A stretch of 64,000 nucleotides of DNA from Camelus ferus (taxonomy: Eukaryota), in assembly GCF_009834535.1 (NCBI RefSeq), contig NC_045696.1, positions 69,256,001-69,320,000 of the forward strand. The letters run 5' to 3'. Under the pieces are notes generated by a model. The model did no database searches. It worked only from the letters and a program-made list of their open reading frames with translations, and was not told the origin of the DNA. Below are positions 1 through 11,214 of the stretch, piece after piece; position 1 is the stretch's first letter; the number at the start of each line of letters is the position of its first letter. The position numbers and the translations under genes were made by a program.

Positions 1-81
1 CTAATGTTGGTGTGCTGTGGAATTGTTGATGTTTGACAGAAGAACACCACGGCCAGGCCAGATCCCGGCTACACCCAGGCC

Positions 82-131
82 TAGCTGATGGTGCTAACTT
101 CCTAGCTCCCGGAAGTTAGCACCATCAGCTA
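82..131. repeat. Perfect inverted repeat (21-bp stem, 8-nt loop) in TBCCD1 intron
   Basis: TAGCTGATGGTGCTAACTTCC (82-102) is the exact reverse complement of GGAAGTTAGCACCATCAGCTA (111-131); loop TAGCTCCC. Confidence 0.97.
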
Positions 132-139
132 ACTTCTCT

Positions 140-600
140 CTCTTCTCCTGAACATGTTAAAAATCCTCTCACTTTAGACCTTTGCACTTTTTGTTTCTTC
201 TGCTTGGAATGTTCTTCTCCAGATATTTATTTTACTTAATCTGTCATTTCATTCAGATCTCTGCTTGTGTCACCTTAGGCTTCTTCTGTCCATTCTTTTT
301 CTAAGTTAGCATTCCCAAATTCTTGATTTCCTTACCCTGCTCTGTCTTTCTCCAAGGCATTTATAATTATCTAAGTTCATGTATATTCATTTTATTCATT
401 ACCTATCTTCCCTACTAAAATATACAGTCCACAAGGAGCACAGACTACATAGATCCCAGTGTGAAGGGCGCCCTCTGGAGTCGTGCAGCACAAACCTGCC
501 CGGAAACAGAGGCCTTTTCTCTTCGCTTTACATTTATCCCCATCGGTCAGAACACTGCCCAGCATCTCTTGGTCCTCAGTGAATATCTGTTGAATAACCA
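140..600 (+). mobile_element. Degenerate L2 3' fragment, interrupted by a short MER91-like piece (~445-510)
   Basis: Pyrimidine-rich L2-like motifs (tttgcactt...ttctgcttggaatgttcttc, tcattcagatctctgct, gaatatctgttgaata); gggcgccctctggagtcgtgcagcaca resembles MER91 from memory. Confidence 0.5.
467..481 (-). promoter_or_regulatory. CTCF-like motif
   Basis: Minus strand reads ACTCCAGAGGGCGCC, matching the core CCASYAGRKGGCRS at the most conserved positions. Confidence 0.45.
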
Positions 601-847
601 CAGTATAACTAAACATATAATTACTGAGTTTTTACAAAGAGGGAATTGTATCTGAACAATCTTTTTTTTTTTTCGGTGGTGGTGATCAAAATGGACAGAA
701 CTGAACAGAGCAGTTATTTGGAGAGATCAAAGGGAAAACAAGAAATAATTTAATGTTTATCCAGTTAAAGTATTTTATAACCACTTGGGATAAAATTAAT
801 ATGAATTAGTGTTCTTATATTCTTTTTGTTCTCAACTGCAATTTTAG

Positions 848-977
848 GGATCAAAGGAAGCAGTTCCAGGTACTTGTGGAAAACAAATTTTATGAGTGGT
901 TGATTAATACAGGACATCAGCAGCAGCTGGACAGCCTTGTGCCCCCTGCAGCAGGCTCCAAACAAGCAGCAGGATAA
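848..977 (+). CDS. TBCCD1: TBCC domain-containing protein 1, last coding exon (partial gene; upstream exons outside the window)
   Basis: Acceptor ttttag|G at 847/848. Frame from 849 reads DQRKQFQVLVENKFYEWLINTGHQQQLDSLVPPAAGSKQAAG* (TAA 975-977), recognised as the TBCCD1 C-terminus. Donor CCG|GTAGGC at 998/999. TBCCD1 lies directly upstream of CRYGS on the same strand in mammals. Confidence 0.92.
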
Positions 978-1574
978 GACTTCCTCATCAAAACACCGGT
1001 AGGCATTTATAACGGAGATGACTTAAATTATTTTGGGGAAATCTTTTTTTACATACCAAAAAAATATGGAAAGTTTGTTTCTGACCACTGCTAATTTTTT
1101 CCCATTGCTTCCACCAGCATATAGATTTTTACATACTCGTTTACCACATTTTATAGTGAGAAGACCAACCAAAATATTCAGGTGGAGCCTGTAGAATTAT
1201 GAGCAAATACAATAGCCAAATTTCTCTTTTTTGCCTCTTGCCTGGCATAAGTTGTACTGTCCAAAGTTGTACTGTACTTCCCCATACATAGTTTTAAATT
1301 TTGTGCCTTCTAACACGTCTCCTCTTTCCCATCACCTCACAATTAATAAGTTATACATGAACCAATTAATAAGTCAGCTAATCTTTGTCAGCTACACATA
1401 TGAGCATTAATAAGTTACCAGAATTAATCCAAATGAAGATCTGAATAGTGAACTCTAGGATACCTACAGATTCAACAGAAGAGAACATGGATACAGAAAC
1501 ATTTACTGGAAGTTGTTTATTCCAAATATGTAATTTTTTATAGAAATCTTTTTGCTATTTTTAAGTACTTTAAA

Positions 1575-2280
1575 GTAACAATAGAAAAACAGACAAAGAA
1601 CATAAATAGGTAGCTCACAGAAAGATACTTATAAACACAAAGATGCTCATTTTCACTTAAAATTAAAGAAATGTAAGACTATTTTTCATCTATCACATTG
1701 GCAAGGATCAAAAACATAGTATACGACACTGATAAGACATTTCACTTGCTGCTGGGGAAAGCGTAGATTTGTGCAGCCTTTTTGGAGGATAGTTTGACAA
1801 AATCAAAATTAAAAATGCACACGTTCTTTAACTTTGCAACTTCACTTCCTAGATTTATCTTACAGATACACTCATGTATGTAAAGATCGGCTTAAAAGAG
1901 ATGTTCATTGTAGCATGGTTTGAAATAGCTGTAGACTGGAAACAAGCCAAATGCTTCTCAGTAGAGGGCTGGTGCCTAATGAATAATCAGTTCAACAAAC
2001 ATTCCATGCCGTAGAAGGCATCTTTAAAAAGAATGAAGTATATATCTGTAATGTGCTGATATGGAATGATCTCTAAGGTGGGAGTCGGGGGGTGAAGGAA
2101 AAATGTGGAGGGGGTAAAGTGTTGCCTTGTGTGTTTGAAAAAAGGAGAGGGATAATCATAGACATTTATATGCTAATTATGTGCCTTAAATTTTCTGAAA
2201 GGATATAAAGAAATTGTAAATGGTGTTTGTCTTTGAGGGATGAGACTGGGTGTCTAGGGTAGGAGAAAACTTACTCTTAA
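1575..2280 (+). mobile_element. Ancient L1 (L1ME-like) 3' fragment
   Basis: Degenerate L1 ORF2-end/3'UTR motifs: aaagatgctca..., tttttcatctatcacattggcaa, gatgttcattgtagcatggtttg, actggaaacaagccaaatg. Confidence 0.7.
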
Positions 2281-2886
2281 TTTTTATGGCAATATAATTC
2301 ACATACCTTAAAACTCAACTTTTTTAAAGAATTCAGCAATTTGGGTTATATTCACAAGTTTGTATAACCATCACCATTAACAAATCCAGAATATTTTTAT
2401 CACCCTAAAAGTAAACCCCATACCCACTGATAATCACTCCCAATTCCTCCAACCCCATTATCCCCTCTGCCCCCTGGTCCCTGGCAACCACTCACCTGCT
2501 TTTTGTTGCTTGATCTGTCCATTCTGGACATTTCATATAAACAGAATCAAACAACATGTGGACTTTGTGTGTGGCTTCTTTCACTTAGCATAATGTTGCC
2601 AAGGTTCACCTATGTTGTAGCATGTGTCAGTACGCCATTCCTTTTTGTGGCTGGATAGTATTCCATTGTATGGATATACCACAGTTTGGTCATCAGTTGA
2701 CGGACATTTGAACCGCTTCCACTCTTCAGCTCTTGTGAATAATGCCACTATAGTTACTTCCGTGTACAAGTTTTTGTGTAGAGAGATGTTTTTATTTCTC
2801 TTGGTTATACTATATGGAGGAGTAGAATTGCAAGGTCATATGTTTAACTTCTTCAGGACTCACTGAACTCTTTTCCAAAGCTGTGT
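2279..2886 (-). mobile_element. L1 (L1MB-like) 3' fragment with TSD
   Basis: Antisense L1M 3'UTR motifs (ctggcaaccact, ttctggacatttcatata, ggcttctttcacttagcataatg, ttccattgtatggatatacc). Flanking 12-bp direct repeats AAACTTACTCTT (2267-2278) and AAACTTATTCTT (2887-2898). Confidence 0.85.
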
Positions 2887-3291
2887 AAACTTATTCTTTA
2901 TTGTTTTCTTTATATTGTTTTCATTTTTAAAGTGTATTACTTTTCATAAAAAATAATTTTTACAATATTTAGTTAGTAAGTGCTGAAATTAAGAATTAGA
3001 AATCTAATGAAGATTATGCAAAGGAAGTGGTAACTATAAGAGGATAAAATTTTAGTTTAGACTAATCCCTGTAGCCTGCTACTTTATGTCTATGTGTGAA
3101 TTTCTTTTCTTCTATTCTGAACTAATGTGACTGTTGGAAAAAAAGAGTATAAACTTTTAACTTCAGATATTTTATCACTCTAAATTATCATCTGACCTTG
3201 ATATATGTGATTTTATGAAAAGAATTTTTTCCCATGTTTGCATGAAGGCAATAGAAAAAAAGTTGTTAGCATTATTCTTTTTTATCCTCAG

Positions 3292-4050
3292 GGCCCTGGC
3301 AACATGAGGATGAGTGGCAGATGGCCACATGTGGAAACTAAATTGGGAAGGTGCTCCTGCTGCTTAAGAGACTTTGGAGTTTTGTTTGTTTTTTTTTTTC
3401 CTGTTTAAGACCTCTCCTTAATTTTCCTTCCATTCTTACTTGTTACTGTTTACACTGAATTTTAGCTAAACTTCTGACTATCGTAGAAACATACTGTTTA
3501 TTGAACATCAGAAGGCTCATTTTGTGATGCTGAAATGAAGACGTTGATGAAGGCTTGTATATATGTTAATGGTATAGTGACTGAGTATAGATTTACAAGT
3601 AAACTTCACATTTTAATTTGTGTAATGAAAGGGTTTCATCCTTTCTAGAGTTAAATAAGAGTTTTATAGTTCTTTGTAGCTGTTTACAAAGGAAATAGCT
3701 ATTCCTTTTAAAAAAAGAATTGGAATGAAAGTGTGATTTGTTGGCATAGAAATATAGCAGAAGTTTTATACAAAGATATTTTAGCCCTTAAAGTATGCCA
3801 CAATGAAATTGTGTGAAATCTTTATTTTTTAATTTCATTTTCTGCTTCAAATTTCCAGTAAACATTCTAAAAAGTAATTTTCTCCTTTTGATAAAAAGAT
3901 AAAGCTTTACTTTTAAATTTAGAAAAGGTTTCCAATGTCATTCCGTGATGTTATATCAAAATAAAGTTTACATTTGGTTGAGAAAACTATGTTCTTTAAG
4001 ATAAAGGAAAACAATAATCAGTTTAATAAAATGAATCTGATTGCTGATAA
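3292..4050 (+). other. TBCCD1: Probable non-coding terminal (3'UTR) exon of TBCCD1
   Basis: Strong acceptor attcttttttatcctcag|G at 3291/3292; AT-rich, repeat-free sequence; AATAAA at 3960-3965 and 4025-4030. The 3' end is estimated. Confidence 0.65.
4025..4030 (+). terminator. Candidate TBCCD1 polyadenylation signal (alternative at 3960-3965)
   Basis: AATAAA followed by U/GU-rich sequence (cattgtttcatatgttct). Confidence 0.5.
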
Positions 4051-4634
4051 ACATTGTTTCATATGTTCTATGGCCATTTAATTAGTAATTATATCAGAAG
4101 GGTCTTGATCTCTTATTTCTAAAGTGAAAATTAACCCTCAATGTATTTTAATTCTAATTGGAGTTTTTATAGTTTTTATTTTAAGGTGAAATTCAAGCAA
4201 GCAGAGTATCACAGATAAACACTAGAGTAATAGAAGTATATTTTGGAAATTGCTATTGGTTCATAAAATTAATGGTATTAATTAGATATTTTCTTTAAAG
4301 TTTATAAAGTTCAGAAAACTAAGCATATACTTAATACTTTGTTACTCAACAGTCTTCATATCAAGGCATGTTTATCATTTTCTGAACTGACCATGATATA
4401 TTTTGGGGCATCCCATTGATAAAAATATTTCCTGGAGGCCTTGTTAGTGGGAAGATGAGGAAGTTGGACTTATAAGAAGAATATATGTGACTAGGAAAAT
4501 TAAAATGGAGAAGAGCCGATTTGTTGTTTCTTTGAGTTTATGTAAGATTCAATCTCATTCCTAGAATCAGAGGTAAGTTAAGTGCCAAAAACTGTTCTCT
4601 ACACAGGTTCCAATATGATATCATGCCAGAGAAC

Positions 4635-4653
4635 TGCCACCTAGCAGGTGGCA
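4635..4653. promoter_or_regulatory. Palindromic CTCF-like element between TBCCD1 and CRYGS
   Basis: TGCCACCT-AGC-AGGTGGCA. Reads CTAGCAGGTGGCA on + and CTGCTAGGTGGCAG on -; both readings have T at one normally conserved C. Confidence 0.4.
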
Positions 4654-4789
4654 AGTTGAACTTAGATAAACCTTTGCAAATTCAGAATTCCCACAGTAGC
4701 TTTCTGTCTCCCCGGCTGCACACTGTAGCACCCTTTCTTGTTGGATTAGAACTTTGTGTGTTTTGAAAAAATATGAAACTTAACATTTT

Positions 4790-5170
4790 CAGGAATGAGA
4801 ATTCTTACATGCCTTTTGTCCAGACTCACCAGTTGTTAACATTTTGCCACATCCAGCTTACCACTCTCTATATATAGTATTATTATTTTATTTTTGCTCA
4901 ACAACTTAGGAGTAGGTTGCAGACATCTGGGACCTTTAACCCCTATATACGCTAGCTTGTATTTCCTAAAATCAGGCATTCTCTTACATGGTCATAGTAC
5001 AGATGATTAAATTCAGGAAGTTTAAGAGTGGTACAATAGTATTATCTAATATACAGTCTATATTCAAATTTTTCTATTCATCCCCAAAATGTCACTTGTT
5101 GTGTTGTTTTTTTTTTTTCCAAAATACAAGATCATGCATTGCCTTTGGTTGTCATGTAAGTTTTGTTGCT
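4790..5170 (-). mobile_element. Ancient L1 (L1MC-like) 3'UTR fragment
   Basis: cagttgttaacattttgccacat, gtaggttgcagacat, tatttcctaaaa...cattctcttacat, cattgcctttggttgtcatg. Confidence 0.65.
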
Positions 5171-5354
5171 TTGGAATATATATCACTTCTGTTCAGAGTT
5201 AGAGAGTTGGTTTTTTGACTCATCACCTGCAAGCTCTTTTGAAGGAAAAAAAAAAGGCTTTAGGGGTTTCAAGGTGGCTGCTTGCTAGAAAACCAAATTG
5301 CCCAGGTAAGAGGAACTTTTTTTGTTTTAATTTTGAAAAATTTGGCTGGGTTCT

Positions 5355-5560
5355 GGTGTATTGACTCAGCAAAATCTATAATGCAGCAAGGCTTGGTAAG
5401 CATTAAAGGGGGTACTGAAGCTTTCCTTTATTTCATAATCCCGATTGTTTTTCTAGAAACCATCAATAGCCTCTAAATGACTGACTCAATTTTTGGATCC
5501 TATTCTCATGACTAAGCAAATGTTTGATTTGAAACCAGCCCAGTATAAATGTCTCTGTGC
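5355..5560 (+). promoter_or_regulatory. CRYGS: CRYGS proximal promoter: TATA box plus Maf/AP-1/ARE-type motifs
   Basis: TATAAA at 5544-5549, 79 bp upstream of the ATG. TGACTCAGCAAAA at 5362-5374 (half-MARE with AT-rich flank), TGACTCA at 5482-5488, TGACTAAGCA at 5509-5518. Large Maf factors are established crystallin activators. Confidence 0.8.
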
Positions 5561-5622
5561 CTCTAACTCTCTGTAGCTATTCCTGGAGTTCAGCACTGGG
5601 AAAACCAATCTATGCACTAAAA

Positions 5623-5643
5623 ATGTCTAAAACTGGAACCAAG
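5623..5643 (+). CDS. CRYGS: Gamma-S crystallin exon 1 (MSKTGTK)
   Basis: ATGTCTAAAACTGGAACCAAG followed by consensus donor GTAAGT at 5644; phase 0. Confidence 0.97.
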
Positions 5644-6309
5644 GTAAGTAAATGGTCATGCTGATTTCTAGCCTACCCACTTTCTTTTCACCTAATGCTA
5701 CACTGAAAGAAACATGGAGAAAAACAGAAGCCTGGAGGTGAGTATGATCACGGTTAGAAGGCTAGGATTAGAGAAAATATTAAGAAATGCTTATTGTATT
5801 TCCCACTTTAATAGAATTACCAAAGAGTTTATTAAGGGTTTATCTTTATGTGTGGTACTATGTTGAATATTGTACATGTATGTAATGTGTAAATATCATC
5901 ACATTTCTGCCTTCCAGCAACTAATCTTTGAACTTCCACAGGAATAGGACATGCACATAAGAGGATTATGTGGAGTTAAAAACTTAGTATTCAATTAAAA
6001 ATTTGTCTTGTGAAATCTAGCCTCAACCATTAATATTCTAGAAGGCCAAAGTGGATGGACCAGTCAAGTGAATTAAATCCTACATACCCGCTTCGTTCAG
6101 CGGTTACGCTTATCCCTGTCCCCAAATGTATTGCTTACTTGGGTTAGGAAAATTGCCTCTGAAATACTTGATTCACTATTGTTGGACTGGACACTGATTC
6201 TCTTCGGGAATGAGGGACTATACCTTCATTCTCTTTTTACTTCTTCCACTGACCATAGCTCTAAAGCAAAGCCTTTGGTGCCTGATATTCCTCCCTAATG
6301 TTCTACTCT

Positions 6310-6910
6310 GAAAATGTTCAAAACCATTGAATCTTAAAAGAAGAAAGGTGTTGAACGAATACTCGTATGTCATTTACTTATGTTCTCCAATTGTTAACAT
6401 TTTGCCATATCTGGTTTCTCTCTGTCTCTCTTTTAACTAAATCATTAGAAAATAAATAGCAGACTTTGTTATACTTTTGCCTGAAGTATTTTAGGCGTGT
6501 ATATCCTAAAAACAGGGGTATTCCCTGTGTAAACATAATACCATTATGTCCCCCAAATTTATCATAAGTGTAATACCTAATATTCAGACTCTATTCAGAT
6601 TTCCTTCAATTGCTCCCCAAAATGTGCTTCATGGCTGGCTTTTCCCCTGCTGTGGAATCCAGTCAAGGATCACACATTGCATTTGGTTGTCAAGTTTCTT
6701 TGAACTTCTTTTTGTTTGTTTTAGCCTCTTTCATATAGAACAGTTCCCCTATTTTTTGTTCTTGTTCTTTGAGACATTGACATTTTTCAAAGTCCAGACC
6801 AGGTGTCTTATGGAAAGTCCCAATATCTGGATTTGTCTAATTGTTTTCCCATGTTTATATTCAGACTAACCACTTTGGCAAGAAATATACATAGGCAACA
6901 TCAGGTACTT
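6310..6910 (-). mobile_element. Ancient L1 (L1MC-like) 3'UTR fragment in CRYGS intron 1
   Basis: ccaattgttaacattttgccata, atccagtcaaggatcacacattgcatttggttgtca, gacattgacatttttcaaagtccag, ttttggcaagaa-like motif. Confidence 0.7.
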
Positions 6911-9900
6911 CTCAATGTATTTTTTCAGAAGGTATCTCTTAACTTGTTCCGTAATTGGTTAGTGCCTGATTTTTCTTCCCATTTGGAAAAGAGAACTAAT
7001 AGTCATACTTGCATCCAGAAGGTTTGGGGAGAAAAATAAGACAGTGTTCTTTAGTGCTCTGAGGTTTTTGAAAAATCCCATGAAATGCCATGAAAATCCC
7101 ACTAAAGAGAATCTGAAATCCTTCGAGGGATGTCCATGTGCCTGGAGGGAAGACTCTTAGAGAACATCCCCCACTTTTTAAAGATTTCCAGACTAGGAAT
7201 AGTGTAATCTCTTTTATTTCTTGTAGCTGGGCTGTTCATTTAGTTAAAAACTGTTGCTGCTAGGCCAAAGGAGATAGTAATTCATCTCTTATTCTTCCTC
7301 TTATTGCTTCTCCCTTTCTCACTATCTTGCTAGCAATTTAATCACAGGAGTTATGGGCTTGGCAGAAGCAATGCATTTTACTAAGTTTGTTTTTGTTACC
7401 TCTGGAATTCTCAAGACATTTTTCTCTCTGCTGTATTGGATTAGTAGGCTATTTTTGAAAACATGAACTTGAAAATTAGAGGAATTTTGTAACAACTTCT
7501 AGGAAAGTCTCCTGCACATTTCTTAGCCTTCTCTACAAAAATTTTTGCCTGAGTCCCAACCTCTCAGCTGACTGTGAAGTAGATTTCATGGTCCTTCTAC
7601 AAATGGAAATTGAGTAGAGCTGCAACATTCTCTGGGTCCTGAGATTTGGTCTCAGGTCTCCCACCACAAGAAGTGCTTGGCCCTGGAACTCAGTAGTGGT
7701 TCTGTGGCAACACTAGGGCTTTGTTTCTACTCTGGGATGATTGGCTGGTCTGCTGGAAAGGTGGACAGCAGGGAAGAATCATGTGTGTTTCCATTTCTCA
7801 GATACTGAAGTCAGTCAGGTAAATGTGCAGAGGGTAGTAAGTGTGAGAAACAATGAAGGAAGAAAGCTGATATTAATTTCCCTTAGCGTATCCCTTGCAA
7901 AGCCTCTTTTTTGCTGAATAGTTGGCCAAAAAACAAAGGTAAATTGACTTAAGGAGTTTAGAATCTATCCATTCTTAGAGAAGTTACTTTGATTTTCCTA
8001 ACAATTTTCCCACAGGTTTTGGGAAAAGCCTTATCAGATCCAGAACAGTCTTGTTCCATTTCTAAGAGTAAATGGTGTATGTTGAACAGAGCTAGCTGTG
8101 CAGGCAGTAAGACAGCAGAGGGAGATAAAGTAAAATAGAATGAACCACAGATTACTAACCAGGAGTCTGCACTGCTGTCCACTGGTTTGCCTGCATCCAG
8201 CTTGTAACTAGCTAGTGACCTTGGGCAAATCATTTAACTTCTTTATCTGTAACAGCTGTAGCTTTTTGGCAATCACGAGCCAACTATTAAAATTATTTTA
8301 TCAACACTGTGCTGTTGGACCCTCAGAACAACCCTCTGCAGTGGACATCGTTACCCAGATTTAACTAGTGGTGCTGTAATTTTGTTTTCTTATCTGTAAA
8401 CTGGGGTATCACGTACCTGTAAATCTGTGCTATGCTAAAATGGGAAGGGGAATGGGAAGAGATGAATATGGAAAGGGAAGAAAGGAGGTGAAGTAGGTGA
8501 TTTAGGGGTGGGCAGGGTAAGGAAGCTTTTCAGGAAAAGGAAAGAAGAGAGTTGAGAGAGACAGGAAGGGTAGGGAGGGAAAGATTACAGCTGAAGGAAA
8601 GAACTATTAGTAGGTTACTATCTAGAAAGACTCACCTGGGGTAGAAAAGAATGAGGTATTATTATGCCTGGCTGCGAGTCATTCCTAACTTTCTTCTGCT
8701 CCTTCATTTCCTACATCTAGTTAGTCTCCACATCCTCGTTTCTGTGACTGTTTCCTCATTGTTCACATCGCAGTTGCCTTTGGTTGGCCCTCGGCATCTC
8801 TCACCTCGCCCAGAGCAACCAGCTATTTCCAGGCTCAAACCACTGCCTTATTTCCCACATCACCCCCCGAGGGATCCTGGCCTGGCTTCTGGGTCCCTGG
8901 GGCTTTATTTCCTAACCCTTCACCGCATACTCAACATGCACCAGGCTTAATGAACTGCTTGTCCCATTGGCCGTGTCCTTTCACTCCTTTATTCCTTCAT
9001 ACAAGCTGTCCTTTTGTCTCTGCCTCTGGAAAACCCTTACCTACCCCTCGACCCTCACCTCAGAGATCCTCTCCAGACTCTGACTACCTCTGCTGCTTTC
9101 ATCTGAAATGGCTGGACTTGGTTTTTCGCCTTTTAAACCGACTGAGCTAATTAGCCACAGGGTGGCGGCATCACACCAGGGACTTGACTGCTCGAATGAA
9201 GGACGCCTGTGATTGCAATTCAGATTCTAACCGAGCATGGATCTTGGCTGTGGAGTTCTAGAACAAGAAGGGACAAACTCTGTGGTCCGTTTGGCCTAGT
9301 GGTTTTTGGAAACACTGTCATGAAGCCCTGAGAGTTCCTGGGAATTCTGTCACCTGCTTCAGACAAAACTTATTTTACAGCCAGAGCTTTGAACCTAGTC
9401 CAGTCCTTTCATTTGCCAAATGGGAAGCTGGAGCCCAGAGAGATGGCTTGTCTACAAGGTGGCTTGTAGTAGGGCTGGCTGGAGAGGGGCAGCTCTGGAG
9501 CCTAGCCTTAGTATTTCCCATTTCTCTGGCTTGCAGAGTTCCCAGTGCCATCACAGACCTCACAGGTCTCACAGGTTTACCCCAAAGACTGTGGTGAAAC
9601 TTGGTAAGAGTTTGAAGCAAAGGACATTCTTGCCTTGTCATTTTGTTACTTTGCAACCTCTCTTGTTGGCAATACAATAATAATACAGAACATAGTATGC
9701 TATATTTTTTTTTATGTCAGTATGTTTTATAACCATCTAAAATGAGCTCTAAAGCTAAGGTCAGTGTCTGCATTTGGAACTCACTCATCTTCGTCCAGCT
9801 CTTGTTGCGGGTTTGTCAAGCACTGGACACGGGGTTCCGTAGCCTAAACAACGCTTGGTTCTTGCCTTTGGAAGAAGTCTAGTAGGAGTTGGTGGGAGAG

Positions 9901-10229
9901 ACAGATACACAAGTGGAAAACTCATTATATAATGTGATAAGCACAGTGAGGAGGAAGGCATGACCTTGAGCCTGAAACTACTGGCTTACAGCAGAGCACT
10001 CTTCTACTTTTTTCATTTTAAGCCTTCAGAAAGTACTCATGCCTGTTGTGGACAACAAAAGTTGTCTCCCGAGGCACACGTTGTGAGGGAAGGCAGAACT
10101 GTGTATTTTCTCCTCAGGATTGAGGAGGAAAGAATTTCTAAAGTGGAGAACGTGTTCTTAATTTTCACTTTTCTATAAATAAAGCCACCCAGCCCCTCAG
10201 ATCTTCGCTTCGTCTGCCCTGTCCCTCAG

Positions 10230-10472
10230 ATTACTTTCTTTGAAGACAAAAACTTTCAAGGCCGCCACTATGACAGCGATTGCGACTGTGCAGATTTCCA
10301 CATGTACCTGAGTCGCTGCAACTCCATCAGGGTGGAAGGAGGCACCTGGGCTGTGTATGAAAGGCCCAACTTTGCCGGGTACATGTACATCCTACCCCGG
10401 GGCGAGTACCCCGAGTACCAGCACTGGATGGGCCTCAACGACCGCGTCAGCTCCTGCAGGGCTGTTCATCTG
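10230..10472 (+). CDS. CRYGS: Gamma-S crystallin exon 2 (N-terminal domain, Greek keys 1-2)
   Basis: Acceptor ccctgtccctcag|A; 243 nt encoding [81 protein letters not shown]; donor GTGAGT at 10473. Confidence 0.98.
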
Positions 10473-10701
10473 GTGAGTCTGGGGCTGGGGGGCTTGCGCG
10501 CTCTCTTCCCCCAACCCCTCCCTTCTTTTTTAGCTTCTATGTAAAAGAGTTTTCTTAAGATTTTCCTACCTCTCAATGGGTGGTTGTCCCTTGTTGGCTG
10601 CTGAAGCTTCAATAAAATTTTAGGTCAGTTCATCACAAGACTGAATACACTAATTCTTTCCATTGCACTTCTGCTACCTCTTGCATATTTTAAGGAATTA
10701 A

Positions 10702-11133
<432 letters not shown>

Positions 11134-11208
11134 TGATGTGGACTGGGCCATGACCTTCTTCCTAGGGGCCAAATGCTGGCTGGCCTGTTCGTCCAAAAAA
11201 GCATCATA

Positions 11209-11214
11209 AATAAA
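11209..11214 (+). terminator. CRYGS: CRYGS polyadenylation signal
   Basis: AATAAA 75 nt after the stop codon. Confidence 0.85.

Noticed and set aside
117..126. miR-29 gene
   Set aside because: Only 10 nt match; the rest of the mature sequence and the imperfect miR-29 hairpin are absent.
8440..8600. Purine-rich tract in CRYGS intron 1 as a triplex element
   Set aside because: Interrupted low-complexity sequence without a clear mirror repeat; probably a decayed repeat.
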